Translations under genes and position numbers: made by a program
Assembly (NCBI GenBank): GCA_048938025.1
Contig: JBHLMP010000026.1
Coordinates: 18,600-55,010 of the forward strand
DNA: 36,411 nt
Source of the DNA: Promethearchaeota archaeon
GTDB lineage: Archaea > Asgardarchaeota > Lokiarchaeia > Sigyniarchaeales > SOKP01
Direction: 5' to 3'
The notes under the pieces: model-generated
What the model was told of the DNA's origin: nothing
Databases searched by the model: none
Seen by the model: the letters and a program-made list of their open reading frames with translations, nothing else
In this document: one piece after another, positions 26,676 to 36,411 of the stretch
Numbering within the stretch: the stretch's first letter is position 1
How the letters are laid out: every line of letters begins with the position of its first letter

Positions 26676-27592
26676 TGTCAGGCATGGGTCCAGTGTATCC
26701 AAAGGAAAAACCTGATCATCCTTATGTCCAATTTTCCACAGGAGGATATCTTTTTAGAAATTATAACTCTCTTTTTTGCGCAGGATGTGGTTATGGTATT
26801 ATTGGTCACATTTTCACTCGTGTATTTGAGGATGATAAAATAGATCCAAAACTATTTCCATTAATTATAGGAATTGGTTGTTATACTCAATTAGTGACAT
26901 TAGTGCATCATGCTTCTCAAAAATTTTTTGCACTTCATGGTCGAGCACCAGCAGTAGCTACAGGGATGAAGATGGTGAATCCTAAATTAAAACCCATTAT
27001 ATTTTCTGGTGATGGAGATTGTTTAGGAATTGGTGGAAACCATTTTATTCATATTTGTCGTAGAAATCTTGATTGTGTTATTTTTATTTTTAATAATAGT
27101 ATTTATGGAATGACAGGAGGCCAAGCTGCTCCAACAACTTTGTATGGTGCAGAAAGCACAACTACACCATATAAGATGTTTGAAAACAGAATTGATGGCG
27201 TACAACTAGCTTTAGTTGCTGGTGCAACGTATATAGCAAGAACAACGGTAGCACATCCGCGAACACTTATGAAATATTTTAGAAAAGCATTAAAACATAA
27301 AGGTACATCTGTAATTGAAGTAATAACTCCCTGTGTTACTTACTTTGGAAGGAAAAATTTAGATCGTTTAGGAGTGGAATATCTAGATATAAGAGGTGAA
27401 AAAATGGATAATACAGGAAGAATGCTAGATTGGATAAAAAGGAACAGTGTACGTATCAATCAAGCAAAATTCATGACAGAAGAAGAATTATTCAATAATT
27501 ATATTATTGGAGAATTCAGATATGAGCCTGATAAACCAGAATATTCTGAAGAATATGCTAAAATTCAAAAAATCGCAATGGAGGAAAAGTAA
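26675..27592 (+). CDS. 2-oxoacid:ferredoxin oxidoreductase beta subunit (KorB-like)
   Basis: FCAGCG, GIGC, HGRA, TPP motif GDGD...NN, YGMTGGQ, PCVT; TAATG overlap with the alpha subunit. Confidence 0.94.
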   Translation: MSGMGPVYPKEKPDHPYVQFSTGGYLFRNYNSLFCAGCGYGIIGHIFTRVFEDDKIDPKLFPLIIGIGCYTQLVTLVHHASQKFFALHGRAPAVATGMKMVNPKLKPIIFSGDGDCLGIGGNHFIHICRRNLDCVIFIFNNSIYGMTGGQAAPTTLYGAESTTTPYKMFENRIDGVQLALVAGATYIARTTVAHPRTLMKYFRKALKHKGTSVIEVITPCVTYFGRKNLDRLGVEYLDIRGEKMDNTGRMLDWIKRNSVRINQAKFMTEEELFNNYIIGEFRYEPDKPEYSEEYAKIQKIAMEEK

Positions 27593-27595
27593 ATT

Positions 27596-28195
27596 GTGAC
27601 TCGATATGAAGTACGAATCTCTGGATTTGGAGGTCAAGGTGTTATTACTCTTAGTAAGATGATAATTACAGCAAGTTCATTATATGAAAATCTAGCAGCA
27701 ACTCAAACAGAGTCTTATTCTGCTTCGGCTCGAGGAGGAAGATGCTGGGCAGAAGTTGTAGTTGATTTAGATAAAGAGATTAAAATAATCGATTACCCTA
27801 AAGCCTTAAAACCATATGATTTTCTAATAATTCTCTCTGAAGAGTCAGCTAATCTCATTAAACCAGAAGATATTAAAAAAGATGAAAATACGGGATATTT
27901 AATATGGGATCCATCGACAATCAAAAAATTTAAAGCAGTAAGAAGATTTGAAAAAGCATTAAGTATTCCAGTTCAGAAATTAGCGGTTGAGAATTTTGGA
28001 AATATTGTTTTTGGAAATTCTATCCTTTTTGGGGCATTTACTGTCCTTTCTGGATTAATTTCTGAAGAATCTGCTATTGAAACTCTTAAAAATTTCGTAC
28101 CAAGTCCTACATTAGATAAAAATTTGGAAGCATTTGAATTGGGGAAAAAAGAAGCTCAAGAATTTTTAAAAGGATTAGAAGAGGGTAAGAATTAA
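27596..28195 (+). CDS. 2-oxoacid:ferredoxin oxidoreductase gamma subunit (KorC-like)
   Basis: GFGGQG, SYSASARGG, NSILFG, NLEAFELG. Confidence 0.92.
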   Translation: MTRYEVRISGFGGQGVITLSKMIITASSLYENLAATQTESYSASARGGRCWAEVVVDLDKEIKIIDYPKALKPYDFLIILSEESANLIKPEDIKKDENTGYLIWDPSTIKKFKAVRRFEKALSIPVQKLAVENFGNIVFGNSILFGAFTVLSGLISEESAIETLKNFVPSPTLDKNLEAFELGKKEAQEFLKGLEEGKN

Positions 28196-28196
28196 A

Positions 28197-30014
28197 ATGT
28201 TCATTGAGAAATTCCAAAAAGGATGGAATGAACTAGATTCTGAAATTATTAAAACAAGCAAATGTACTTATTGTGGTGCGTGTGGTGCTTTTTGTGCGAA
28301 TATAAAATATGATCAAGAAAGAGAAATCCCGTTAGAAGATGGTTCATGTAAGGATATTAATACGTGTAGAGATGGTTTTGGTGTTTGCTATAATTTATGT
28401 CCTAAAACAAATGTTCAGCAACTCCCAGTCTGTTTATTAGATAAATGGACATTTGGAAAAAGTCATGATAAAATCCTAGGACATTATAAAAAGATCATAT
28501 CTGTTAAAATTACAGATGTAGCGAGAGAAAAGATACCACCAGAAGCAGGGCTTATCACTACTTTGTTATATATCGCAATGGAAGAAGGTTTAATTGATGC
28601 CGCAATTGTCACCGATAAGGATGAGAATTTTCGACCGTTTCCGATGATCGCTGAATCTCATAAAGGTTTATTTAAAGCGATCGGCTACAAACCAAGTCAA
28701 AGTCCTACACTTAGCAAAATAGGAGAAGCAATCAATAAAGAATATGCAGATATAGCAGTGGTTGGGACTCCTTGTCAAATTCATGCATTGAGGAAAATAC
28801 AAAATCACCCTAGATTTGATTTTGAAGCTTATGATTTAGTATCTTTAGCAATAGGGACTTTTTGTTTTGGTACTTTTCATAATAAACAATTAAATGAGTG
28901 CTTTAGGGAAAATGGTATTAATTCTAGAGAAATCTTAAAAATTAAAACTGATAATGAAAATTTTAAAATGATAATAACAACTAAATCTGGAAAGAAAACG
29001 ATTTCAATTAATTATCTCTATGATAAAGCAATAAGGAATGCTTGTTTTTCTTGCTCTGATTATACGTCTGAATTTGCTGATATATCAGTTGGAAATGTGG
29101 GAAGCGAAGATGGATATAGAACTGTAATTGTTAGAACTAAAAAGGGAAAGAAACTTATTAATTTAGCTATTGAAAAAAAAATGCTAGAACTGAAGCCTCT
29201 TACGAAAGATAATGAAGAGTTAGTATTAGAAATAACAAAATGTAAAACAGACATAGTCAAAATCGAGAGGATCATTGAACACTCTTCAGAGATAAAAAGT
29301 ATCATAATAAGAAATGAAAGGATTGCTAGAGCATACAGACCAGGAATGTTTGTTGTTTTATGGGTTCTAAATTACGATTTTTTACCAATGTCGATCTCAA
29401 ATATAGACGATAATTTAATTGAAATCACAATACAAAAAATTGGTGAAGGTACAACTCGATTATTTGATTTAAAGGAAGGTGATAGTATTGGAATTCGAGG
29501 TCCTTTTGGAAATTCTTGGAATTATGAAGATGCTTCGAATATATTGATAGTCGGTGGAGGTATGGGTATTGCTGCTCTTACTTCATTAATTGAACCATTA
29601 AAGCAAAATAAGAAAAATATGATAGTGACAATAGGTGCTAAAGATGAACCTTCCTTAATCTTTGCGGATAGATTAGTAGATCTTATTCCTAATACCTTGT
29701 GTAGCACTGATGATGGATCAAAAGGGAAAAAATGTTTTGTTACTGATACAATAGAAGATATCCTTGCTGAGAATCCCATTGATTTAATAATTACATGTGG
29801 TCCAGAAGTCATGATGAAGAAAGTTCTCGAGATTGCAGAACCAAAAAATATCGAAGTTCAAGCATCTCTAGAAAGAAAAATGAAATGTGGGGTTGGTTTA
29901 TGTGGTTCTTGTAGTATAGGAGAGAAGAATGATATAACAGTTTGTAAAGAGGGTCCAATTTTTAATTCGCTCCAATTAAAAGAAATTCCTCAGTTTGGAA
30001 AGTATACTAAATAA
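28197..30014 (+). CDS. FrhB-family (F420-binding) domain fused to a PyrK/FNR-like FAD/NAD(P)/[2Fe-2S] domain
   Basis: N part: CTYCGAC...C, VGTPCQ, GTFC, CFSCSD...ADISVG.VGS. C part: PMSI, RGPFG, GGGMG, TDDGS, CGP..M, CGVGLCGSC...VCKEGP. Confidence 0.88.
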   Translation: MFIEKFQKGWNELDSEIIKTSKCTYCGACGAFCANIKYDQEREIPLEDGSCKDINTCRDGFGVCYNLCPKTNVQQLPVCLLDKWTFGKSHDKILGHYKKIISVKITDVAREKIPPEAGLITTLLYIAMEEGLIDAAIVTDKDENFRPFPMIAESHKGLFKAIGYKPSQSPTLSKIGEAINKEYADIAVVGTPCQIHALRKIQNHPRFDFEAYDLVSLAIGTFCFGTFHNKQLNECFRENGINSREILKIKTDNENFKMIITTKSGKKTISINYLYDKAIRNACFSCSDYTSEFADISVGNVGSEDGYRTVIVRTKKGKKLINLAIEKKMLELKPLTKDNEELVLEITKCKTDIVKIERIIEHSSEIKSIIIRNERIARAYRPGMFVVLWVLNYDFLPMSISNIDDNLIEITIQKIGEGTTRLFDLKEGDSIGIRGPFGNSWNYEDASNILIVGGGMGIAALTSLIEPLKQNKKNMIVTIGAKDEPSLIFADRLVDLIPNTLCSTDDGSKGKKCFVTDTIEDILAENPIDLIITCGPEVMMKKVLEIAEPKNIEVQASLERKMKCGVGLCGSCSIGEKNDITVCKEGPIFNSLQLKEIPQFGKYTK

Positions 30015-30016
30015 TA

Positions 30017-30030
30017 TTTCTTTTTTTTTT
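30017..30030 (+). terminator. Oligo-U terminator of the kor/frhB-pyrK operon
   Basis: TTTC followed by T10 immediately after TAA, at a convergent gene junction. Confidence 0.55.
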
Positions 30031-30052
30031 GAGATTGAAAATAATAGAGTCA

Positions 30053-31654
30053 TTATTCAAGCTTACTTAGTTTTCTTAAACCAAAGTAAAATAATGGAAG
30101 TGAACTTGCAAGTGTAACCAATAATATTGGTGTAAGAAAAAGAAACTTAGCTAATTCAGGGGAAGAAGGTTCTGGGACAAGAATTAGTACCACTATAAAA
30201 ATAAATTGAAAAGGAATCATTTGTAGTACCATCAATGCTAAAATATTTGTTGTCATAGCCCGTCCTTTCTCTTCAAATGATGGATTTAAACATTGAATTC
30301 CAACTGCTTGAAAAATTACAATTTCACTATTTATTAAATAGAAAGTGAAGAAAAAGATAATATTAAAAATATCAAAGTCAAAATAAAATGTAAAAAAGAT
30401 TGTGATTCCTAAGGCCATTAGAAAATTAAATACAAACATCGCAATCAAATAAGAATATACTAATGCCTTTATATTTCTTGGACTTCTTTTATAAACCCAG
30501 ATAAGGTCCTTTGTACCAACAAAGATATAACTTCCAAACAATAAGCCATACATCATACCACCCATTATTATAAGAAGGACCATTAATATTGATTGCCCAA
30601 TTAAGTCCGTAATTCCCTCCATTGTAAATGAAAAAATAACCCCTAATACCGATACCAATCCACATAAATACACAATTTTCATAATGGTTTCTCTCCGTCT
30701 CAAGAACTCCTTCAATTGAGTAATAATTAATCCTTCCCACTTATGACCTGACAATTTCCTTATCAATAAATAAAATTTATTTTCTTTCTCTATTATAGAT
30801 GAGATCTTCTCAATAGCTCCTTCTACAGTGAAAAACTTATTTGCTCTTTTATATGCTATAAAAAGAATTATTATTGGAATAAAAATTGCTAAAGCGCTAC
30901 TAGTCCAAATATTTAGAATATAGCTACTTATTAAACTTGGATCCAAGAAAAATAAGATTATATTAGAAAACCATAAAGCGGGGTAAAACATTAACCAATT
31001 TTTTAATTCTGGATTATCTGCAAGAAATTCAAAGAGAAATTGTAGGGAATACATGATCGCGACCATAGCAATTGAAAGTAGAAATAATAAAACTTTACCT
31101 AAATCTCGAGCTCGTTCGCTTTTAGCAATTTTATGTTCTAACCAAGACGAGATTATCGAACCCAATAGAGCAGCAAATACAATCATACCAAATATACAAA
31201 TATAAATTATAATATACTGGATTAGATCTAAATTTATTATTGGATTTATCATTCCTATTAATACAGGGGCTAATATTAATAAACCAGCGGAATATATTGG
31301 AAATTTACCTATAAATTCCCCTAAAAAAATATCTCCTGAACTAGCAGGGGAAGCAAGTAAAATTTCTTTAAACCCAATTTCTGTTTTTCTATATATCGTA
31401 TTTAAAGGATAAATTATAATTGCTAAAAAGAAAGCCATCATTATGTATTCCATGGTCAAAGCTACAGCAATTAAAATTTGAGGTACTCTTTTTATTAAGG
31501 TTGGCATAAACATATCAAAAAGTAATGGACATAGAAAAAACGCCCATATTAATAATGAAGAATATAATAATACAAAAAATAGAACTCTATGGTTTCTAAA
31601 ACGGCTGGTTCTAAGACGAATTTCGTTTTTTGCTATAGCTTTCCAGAGACTCAT
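30053..31654 (-). CDS. ABC-2-type exporter permease (about 12 TM, internally duplicated layout)
   Basis: IAKNEIRL, LLASP...DIFLG motif, many TM helices; 1 nt from the ABC ATPase gene. Confidence 0.8.
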   Translation of the reverse strand: MSLWKAIAKNEIRLRTSRFRNHRVLFFVLLYSSLLIWAFFLCPLLFDMFMPTLIKRVPQILIAVALTMEYIMMAFFLAIIIYPLNTIYRKTEIGFKEILLASPASSGDIFLGEFIGKFPIYSAGLLILAPVLIGMINPIINLDLIQYIIIYICIFGMIVFAALLGSIISSWLEHKIAKSERARDLGKVLLFLLSIAMVAIMYSLQFLFEFLADNPELKNWLMFYPALWFSNIILFFLDPSLISSYILNIWTSSALAIFIPIIILFIAYKRANKFFTVEGAIEKISSIIEKENKFYLLIRKLSGHKWEGLIITQLKEFLRRRETIMKIVYLCGLVSVLGVIFSFTMEGITDLIGQSILMVLLIIMGGMMYGLLFGSYIFVGTKDLIWVYKRSPRNIKALVYSYLIAMFVFNFLMALGITIFFTFYFDFDIFNIIFFFTFYLINSEIVIFQAVGIQCLNPSFEEKGRAMTTNILALMVLQMIPFQFIFIVVLILVPEPSSPELAKFLFLTPILLVTLASSLPLFYFGLRKLSKLE

Positions 31655-31655
31655 A

Positions 31656-32501
31656 TTAATCTTTCTTTTTTTTCTTGTTTTTCTTGTTTTTCTTGTTTTC
31701 AGAAGTAGTTGCTACTTCCTCTCTCCACGCTAGTAAATCTTCAATACGGGTCGCACCCATTATCTTTAAATAAGCATCTTCTAGATCATTAGCTTCTTGG
31801 GAAGCTATAATATCTTTTGGACTTCCTTCAACTCTCAATATCCCTTGATCAATTATTCCAATAAGATCACATAATTCTTCAGCAGCATCAAGAAGATGAG
31901 TACAGATGAAAATAGTTTTATCTGCTTTTTTAGCAAGGTCAGAGATAAGATCTTTAACCATTCGAGCTGCTGCGGGATCTAAGTTTGAAGTAGGTTCATC
32001 TAAAAATATTATTTTAGGATCTTGAATCAGTGCAGCACATAAACAAACCTTTTGTTTCATACCTCTTGAATAACCTTCTAAAAGATCATTTTCACGTCCT
32101 TCCAAATCAAAAAGATCTAATAACTCATTAATACGGGAGGATATAACTTCTTTAGGTAAATAATATAATTCTCCAACAAATTCTAAGAATTCTTTAGCTG
32201 TTAATTTTTGATACAAACCAGGAGATTCTGGTAAAAAACCACAATTTATTTTAACTTGTTGGCTTTCTGTAATGATGTCATAACCTACAATTTTAGCGGT
32301 CCCTGAAGTTGGAGAAATTATTGAATTTAACATTCGAACAGTAGTAGTCTTACCAGCTCCATTAGGTCCTAATAATCCGTAGGTTATGCCATGCCGTATT
32401 TTTAAATTAAGATCTTTTACAGCGACTACATTCCCAAAATCTTTTGTTAGGTTTAGAGTCGTGATTGCATAATCAGAAATTTTATCTGAAATATTTAACA
32501 C
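31656..32501 (-). CDS. ABC transporter ATP-binding protein
   Basis: GPNGAGKT, YSRGMKQK, FLDEPT, CTH, LEDAYL. Confidence 0.95.
   Translation of the reverse strand: MLNISDKISDYAITTLNLTKDFGNVVAVKDLNLKIRHGITYGLLGPNGAGKTTTVRMLNSIISPTSGTAKIVGYDIITESQQVKINCGFLPESPGLYQKLTAKEFLEFVGELYYLPKEVISSRINELLDLFDLEGRENDLLEGYSRGMKQKVCLCAALIQDPKIIFLDEPTSNLDPAAARMVKDLISDLAKKADKTIFICTHLLDAAEELCDLIGIIDQGILRVEGSPKDIIASQEANDLEDAYLKIMGATRIEDLLAWREEVATTSENKKNKKNKKKKKD
31671..31697. repeat. 9-bp tandem repeat x3 (TTTCTTGTT) encoding NKK-NKK-NKK
   Basis: Three exact copies in the 3' end of the ABC ATPase gene. Confidence 0.8.
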
Positions 32502-32678
32502 CTTTTCAATTCATTTATTAATTTAATATTTCAAAATCTTTTTTTATAAATAAATCTTATTTGAGGGATTTGGATAGAATTATTATAATTTCTCTTTTTT
32601 AACAAACATTTTAAAATTTTAATGAAAACTCATAGAATTCAATTAATTTTAATATTTCTCGACTTTTACATATCTATC

Positions 32679-33629
32679 GTGCAGAGTGAAAATTTAAAGA
32701 AAGGTTTAATCTTTGGAACCATTGGAGTTGTTTTTGTTGGTTTACAACCAATTGTCGCAATATTAAGACCTTCTGCCATGGATGCATATCAGTTTGCTGC
32801 TATGACATGTTTAATTGAAACAATACTATTTTTCCCTTTAATGTTAATAGAGATTAAAAAAAGAGATTCAAATAAAAAAAATGAAGTTGATGATGTGAAA
32901 TTAGGGAATTCTATTTTAAAGGGCTGGAAAAATAATTTTTGGCTTTTAATTTTTATAGGAATTATATTTGGAATTAATCAAATCTTCTTTTTTATAGGTT
33001 ATGACCTAGCAGGAGCGATAAATGGATCATTAACTCAAAAAACTACAGTCTTTTTTTCGTTAATTTTTGGATATCTAATCTTAAGTGAAAAAATCACAAA
33101 ATTACAGATCATATTTTCATTTATCTTATTTTTAGGATTGAGTATAGGTATAACACAGTTTTTTTCTCTTTTTGAAATTAATATTACTATCTTATATGGT
33201 GTGTTAATTTTATTGTTAATAAGTTGCTTATGGATGTTAGGACATACTATGACAAAACCAATCTTTAATAGGAATGAAGTTACTCCTATTCAAATGGTTT
33301 TTCTTAGGAATATCCTCTCAGGTTTTATTTTAATTCTTACTTACTTAATATTTTTTCCAATAGAAAATTTTAAAGTGCTATTTGATTTTGATAATCAAGT
33401 TTCCTTTATTCTGATGGGAGCAGTTTATGGTTCAGGATTGTTTTGTTGGTATAAGACGCTTTCGTATCTTGATGTGTCTAAAGCAAGTGTAGTTTTTTCT
33501 CCTACTCCTGTTACCTCTGCCATATTTGCAACAATTATTTTGGGAGAGGTATTTACAATAGCTCACTTAGTTGGAATTATCCTTGTTATAGTATCTATTA
33601 TAATAATCGTTAGACAAAAAAGAAGTTAA
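32679..33629 (+). CDS. DMT/EamA-family transporter
   Basis: About 10 TM helices in two EamA repeats (LILSEKI, IILGEVF). Start uncertain: GTG 32679 or ATG 32622. Confidence 0.88.
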   Translation: MQSENLKKGLIFGTIGVVFVGLQPIVAILRPSAMDAYQFAAMTCLIETILFFPLMLIEIKKRDSNKKNEVDDVKLGNSILKGWKNNFWLLIFIGIIFGINQIFFFIGYDLAGAINGSLTQKTTVFFSLIFGYLILSEKITKLQIIFSFILFLGLSIGITQFFSLFEINITILYGVLILLLISCLWMLGHTMTKPIFNRNEVTPIQMVFLRNILSGFILILTYLIFFPIENFKVLFDFDNQVSFILMGAVYGSGLFCWYKTLSYLDVSKASVVFSPTPVTSAIFATIILGEVFTIAHLVGIILVIVSIIIIVRQKRS

Positions 33630-33839
33630 CCCACATAAATATATAAAATAGGTATTTAATTATTATTTAAAGAATATATATTTATATATAGAAAAAATTA
33701 GATTTCCGCTTGAAATTCAATTATTATTATTTATTTAAAAGAGAAACGCAATATTTAAATATAAAAGTATATAGAATTATATCAGAAAATATATTGGTTA
33801 AAAAAATATAGTAAAAAAAATTCATTCAATTGATTAAAT

Positions 33840-34637
33840 ATGTCTGACAGTGAAGTAATAGTCGTCAAGGATTTAAAAAAGTTTTTTAGCGATGTTAAAG
33901 CAGTTAATGGCATTTCTTTTAACGTACATCAAGGTGAGGTTTTTGGGCTTTTAGGCCCTAATGGTGCAGGAAAAACAACTACAATAAAACTTCTATTAGG
34001 ACTACTTGAGCCAAATGAAGGAGAAATGAGCGTTTTTGGAATGAACCCCGAACGTGATGAAGTTGAGATAAAGCGTCGTATTGGGTATGTGAGTGAGGAA
34101 CCTCTTATTTTCAAATCGTTAACACCAAAAGACTTGTTTAATTTTATTACATCTGTAAGAAAACTTGATGAAGTTAAAACTACTGAGTTAGTAAGAGAAT
34201 ATCTAGAAAGTTTGGAAGCATTAGAATATTATGATCAATTAATTGCTACTTTATCACATGGTAATAAGCAAAAATTGCAGCTAGTTGCTGCAATAATCCA
34301 TGAACCAGATCTACTTATTTTGGATGAGCCAATTGCCGGTCTTGATGCAAAATCAGTAAGAGTTGTTAAATCTATATTAGAACTTCATACACAGCGCGGT
34401 GGTTCAGTCCTTTTTTCTACCCATATTATGGAAATTGCTCAAGAATTATGTGATCGAATTGGGATCATTCACAAAGGTAAAATGGTAGGAATTGGGACGT
34501 TAGAAGAACTCCGGAAACAAGCTGATAAACTTGGGGCTACTTTAGAAGATGTATTTTTACGGTTAACTGAGCAAGATACTTCTGTAATCGAGATTGTGGA
34601 TAGACTTAGAGCTTCATTTAAGAAGAAAAATATGTAG
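33840..34637 (+). CDS. ABC transporter ATP-binding protein
   Basis: GPNGAGKT, LSHGNKQK, ILDEP, STH, LEDVFL. Confidence 0.95.
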   Translation: MSDSEVIVVKDLKKFFSDVKAVNGISFNVHQGEVFGLLGPNGAGKTTTIKLLLGLLEPNEGEMSVFGMNPERDEVEIKRRIGYVSEEPLIFKSLTPKDLFNFITSVRKLDEVKTTELVREYLESLEALEYYDQLIATLSHGNKQKLQLVAAIIHEPDLLILDEPIAGLDAKSVRVVKSILELHTQRGGSVLFSTHIMEIAQELCDRIGIIHKGKMVGIGTLEELRKQADKLGATLEDVFLRLTEQDTSVIEIVDRLRASFKKKNM

Positions 34638-34648
34638 GGATATTAAAG

Positions 34649-36411
34649 ATGGAATTAGAAAAGATAAAATATTATCGTCTATCAAAATATCCTTGTTATG
34701 AAATTTTGATGGAAGGCCAGATTGCAAGCGCAGGTGCTCATCAAGCAAGACTTATTGAGAAATTTAAAAAAAACAAGAATTATATAAAACATCAATTTTT
34801 GGCGCTTAAAGTTGTATTTGGTATTATGTTTTTGGTTTTACCTGTTCTACCATTAGTTGCATATTTCAAAATCGGTGAATATCTTGAGCTTGGTATATAT
34901 TCAATAAATACAATCTTTTTTATATCATCATTACTTTTTATGCTATTTTTTGGGATGATAATTCTTTATATGTTAATGTTTGGTTTGGTATCAACCAGTT
35001 CTTTCATGTCAGGTAATGCTTTTAGATGGCTGCAAACCCTTCCCTTTTCTAAAAAAAATTTAAAAAAGATTGGTTTTATGACTATATTTCGAAATCTTGA
35101 TATCCCGTTAATATTATTAATTGCTGGATTTCCGATAATTATGCTTATTGCGACACAAAATATTTTGGTTTTTTTTACTTCTTTTTTAATATCTATTGTT
35201 AATGTTATATTTAGCTTTAGTATTCTGGTTCTTATTGGAGAGAAGATGAGTTATCTTTTTTCAGAATCGAAAGGTACGTCTAAAAAAGCGAACATAGTTC
35301 GAATTATAACGATGCTTGGGTATTTTATCATCATGTTTACTACTGGATTTATATTTAGTTGGGGAATAAATGCTATTGACGTTTTTTTTAATATTTTTAC
35401 TACTTCTCAACCTTCTATAGCTTTAAACATTCTTTTAAGCTTGATACCATACCCTTTTGCCCCTGCATATTTAATATCATTAAGTACTATTCCAAATCAA
35501 GTACCTCCGTTATTATTGATGAGTACACTTGTTGGAGTTGCTTTATTCATAGTATTAACATGGGTTTTTTTAAAAGTTACTCAAAAAGCATTACATAGTG
35601 CAATTTCGACTGAAATTAAAACTGAAGAGGTGGAGAAAAAGGAGATCCAAGTTGAGTTAAAACCTATTACACCTATAAAAGCATATTTACGTAAAGATTT
35701 AATTTCATCAATAAGAGATATACAGTCTTTTATGTTTATCTTCTTCCCCATTTTTTATCCTTTAATATTAGTTTTAACATTACAGGGACCTATTTTAAGT
35801 GAAATTACAGGACCAGAAGGTATATTAATCTTATGGTCAATTGTGCTTTTAGTTTATCTGTTTATTCCGCCAATGTTAACTGCTGGTTTTCTAAACCTTG
35901 AAGAATCAGGCTCATCAACAATATCATCATTACCTATTATCCCTCGTGATCAAGCAAAAGCCAAAATTATTTTGATGTTTTCTATACAAGGCATATCACT
36001 CACATTTATTTCTATTATACTTACATTCCTGACTAATTCAATACTTGTATTACTCTTATTCTTAGTTACATTACCTTTTGCTTGGATTTTATTGCTATTT
36101 ATGTTTGAAATGAAGATTAAGCTGTTTGGTCAAATGAAATACAAATATATTTTAGAAGAATTACAAAAGGAGCATAAGATAACAAAATGGATAAGTATGA
36201 TACTTTCGGAATTTGCTATTTATTTTGTGATTTTAACAACAGGAACAATTCTGTTTATTAGTTATGACATTATTACCACACTAATCACACTATTTATTAT
36301 TGGCGTGAGTGGATTATCTATTTTAGTATTTGTTTTTACTAGAATGTTCCCAAAGTTGGAAAAAGTGGGAGAATACATAACAGGAGGTTTTTTAAGAGAA
36401 CATGTGAATGT
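34649..36411 (+). CDS. ABC-2-type permease, 3'-truncated by the window end (absent from the ORF track)
   Basis: ATG 34649 (MELEKIKLYRLSKYP...), frame consistent at both ends of the stretch; many TM helices, WLQTLP and AYLRKDLISSIRD motifs; follows an ABC ATPase. Confidence 0.85.
   Translation, partial: MELEKIKYYRLSKYPCYEILMEGQIASAGAHQARLIEKFKKNKNYIKHQFLALKVVFGIMFLVLPVLPLVAYFKIGEYLELGIYSINTIFFISSLLFMLFFGMIILYMLMFGLVSTSSFMSGNAFRWLQTLPFSKKNLKKIGFMTIFRNLDIPLILLIAGFPIIMLIATQNILVFFTSFLISIVNVIFSFSILVLIGEKMSYLFSESKGTSKKANIVRIITMLGYFIIMFTTGFIFSWGINAIDVFFNIFTTSQPSIALNILLSLIPYPFAPAYLISLSTIPNQVPPLLLMSTLVGVALFIVLTWVFLKVTQKALHSAISTEIKTEEVEKKEIQVELKPITPIKAYLRKDLISSIRDIQSFMFIFFPIFYPLILVLTLQGPILSEITGPEGILILWSIVLLVYLFIPPMLTAGFLNLEESGSSTISSLPIIPRDQAKAKIILMFSIQGISLTFISIILTFLTNSILVLLLFLVTLPFAWILLLFMFEMKIKLFGQMKYKYILEELQKEHKITKWISMILSEFAIYFVILTTGTILFISYDIITTLITLFIIGVSGLSILVFVFTRMFPKLEKVGEYITGGFLREHVN

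Noticed and set aside
1552-34114. Remaining short ORFs nested in or antisense to long genes (e.g. 1552, 1981, 7894, 8742, 17569, 22049, 29060, 29522, 30489, 33929)
   Set aside because: They overlap well-supported genes almost entirely and lack recognisable motifs.
1-36411. Genome-wide UGA reassignment (code 4 or 25)
   Set aside because: Other genes are intact under code 11, Trp uses TGG, and TGA terminates the gene ending at 19099.
1-36411. CRISPR array, transposase, integrase or prophage genes
   Set aside because: No regularly spaced direct repeats or mobile-element motifs seen; the periodicity at 2.3-6.9 kb is LRR coding.

Overview
AT-rich archaeal chromosomal window, most consistent with an Asgard archaeon (Lokiarchaeia). 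That assignment is an inference from the HEAT+LRR paralogs, a longin-like membrane protein and selenoproteins with a eukaryote-type SECIS. Contents in order: ATP-dependent DNA ligase; three tandem HEAT+LRR genes; AMP phosphorylase; a receptor-like membrane protein with a cytoplasmic longin-like domain; a TPR+Ig-like protein; an hdrA-mvhD operon; pyrF; a fused glutamate-mutase-like B12 enzyme coupled to an opine dehydrogenase behind a structured leader; hisS; a corrinoid protein / homocysteine methyltransferase / MttB-family cluster; a four-subunit 2-oxoacid:ferredoxin oxidoreductase followed by an FrhB-PyrK fusion; two ABC-2-type exporters; and a DMT transporter. The ORF track fragments hdrA-mvhD because it has four in-frame UGA codons, all at conserved Cys positions (selenocysteine). 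A kink-turn SECIS overlaps the mvhD stop codon. No tRNA, rRNA, CRISPR array or mobile element was seen. All family assignments come from motif recognition by eye, not from database searches.
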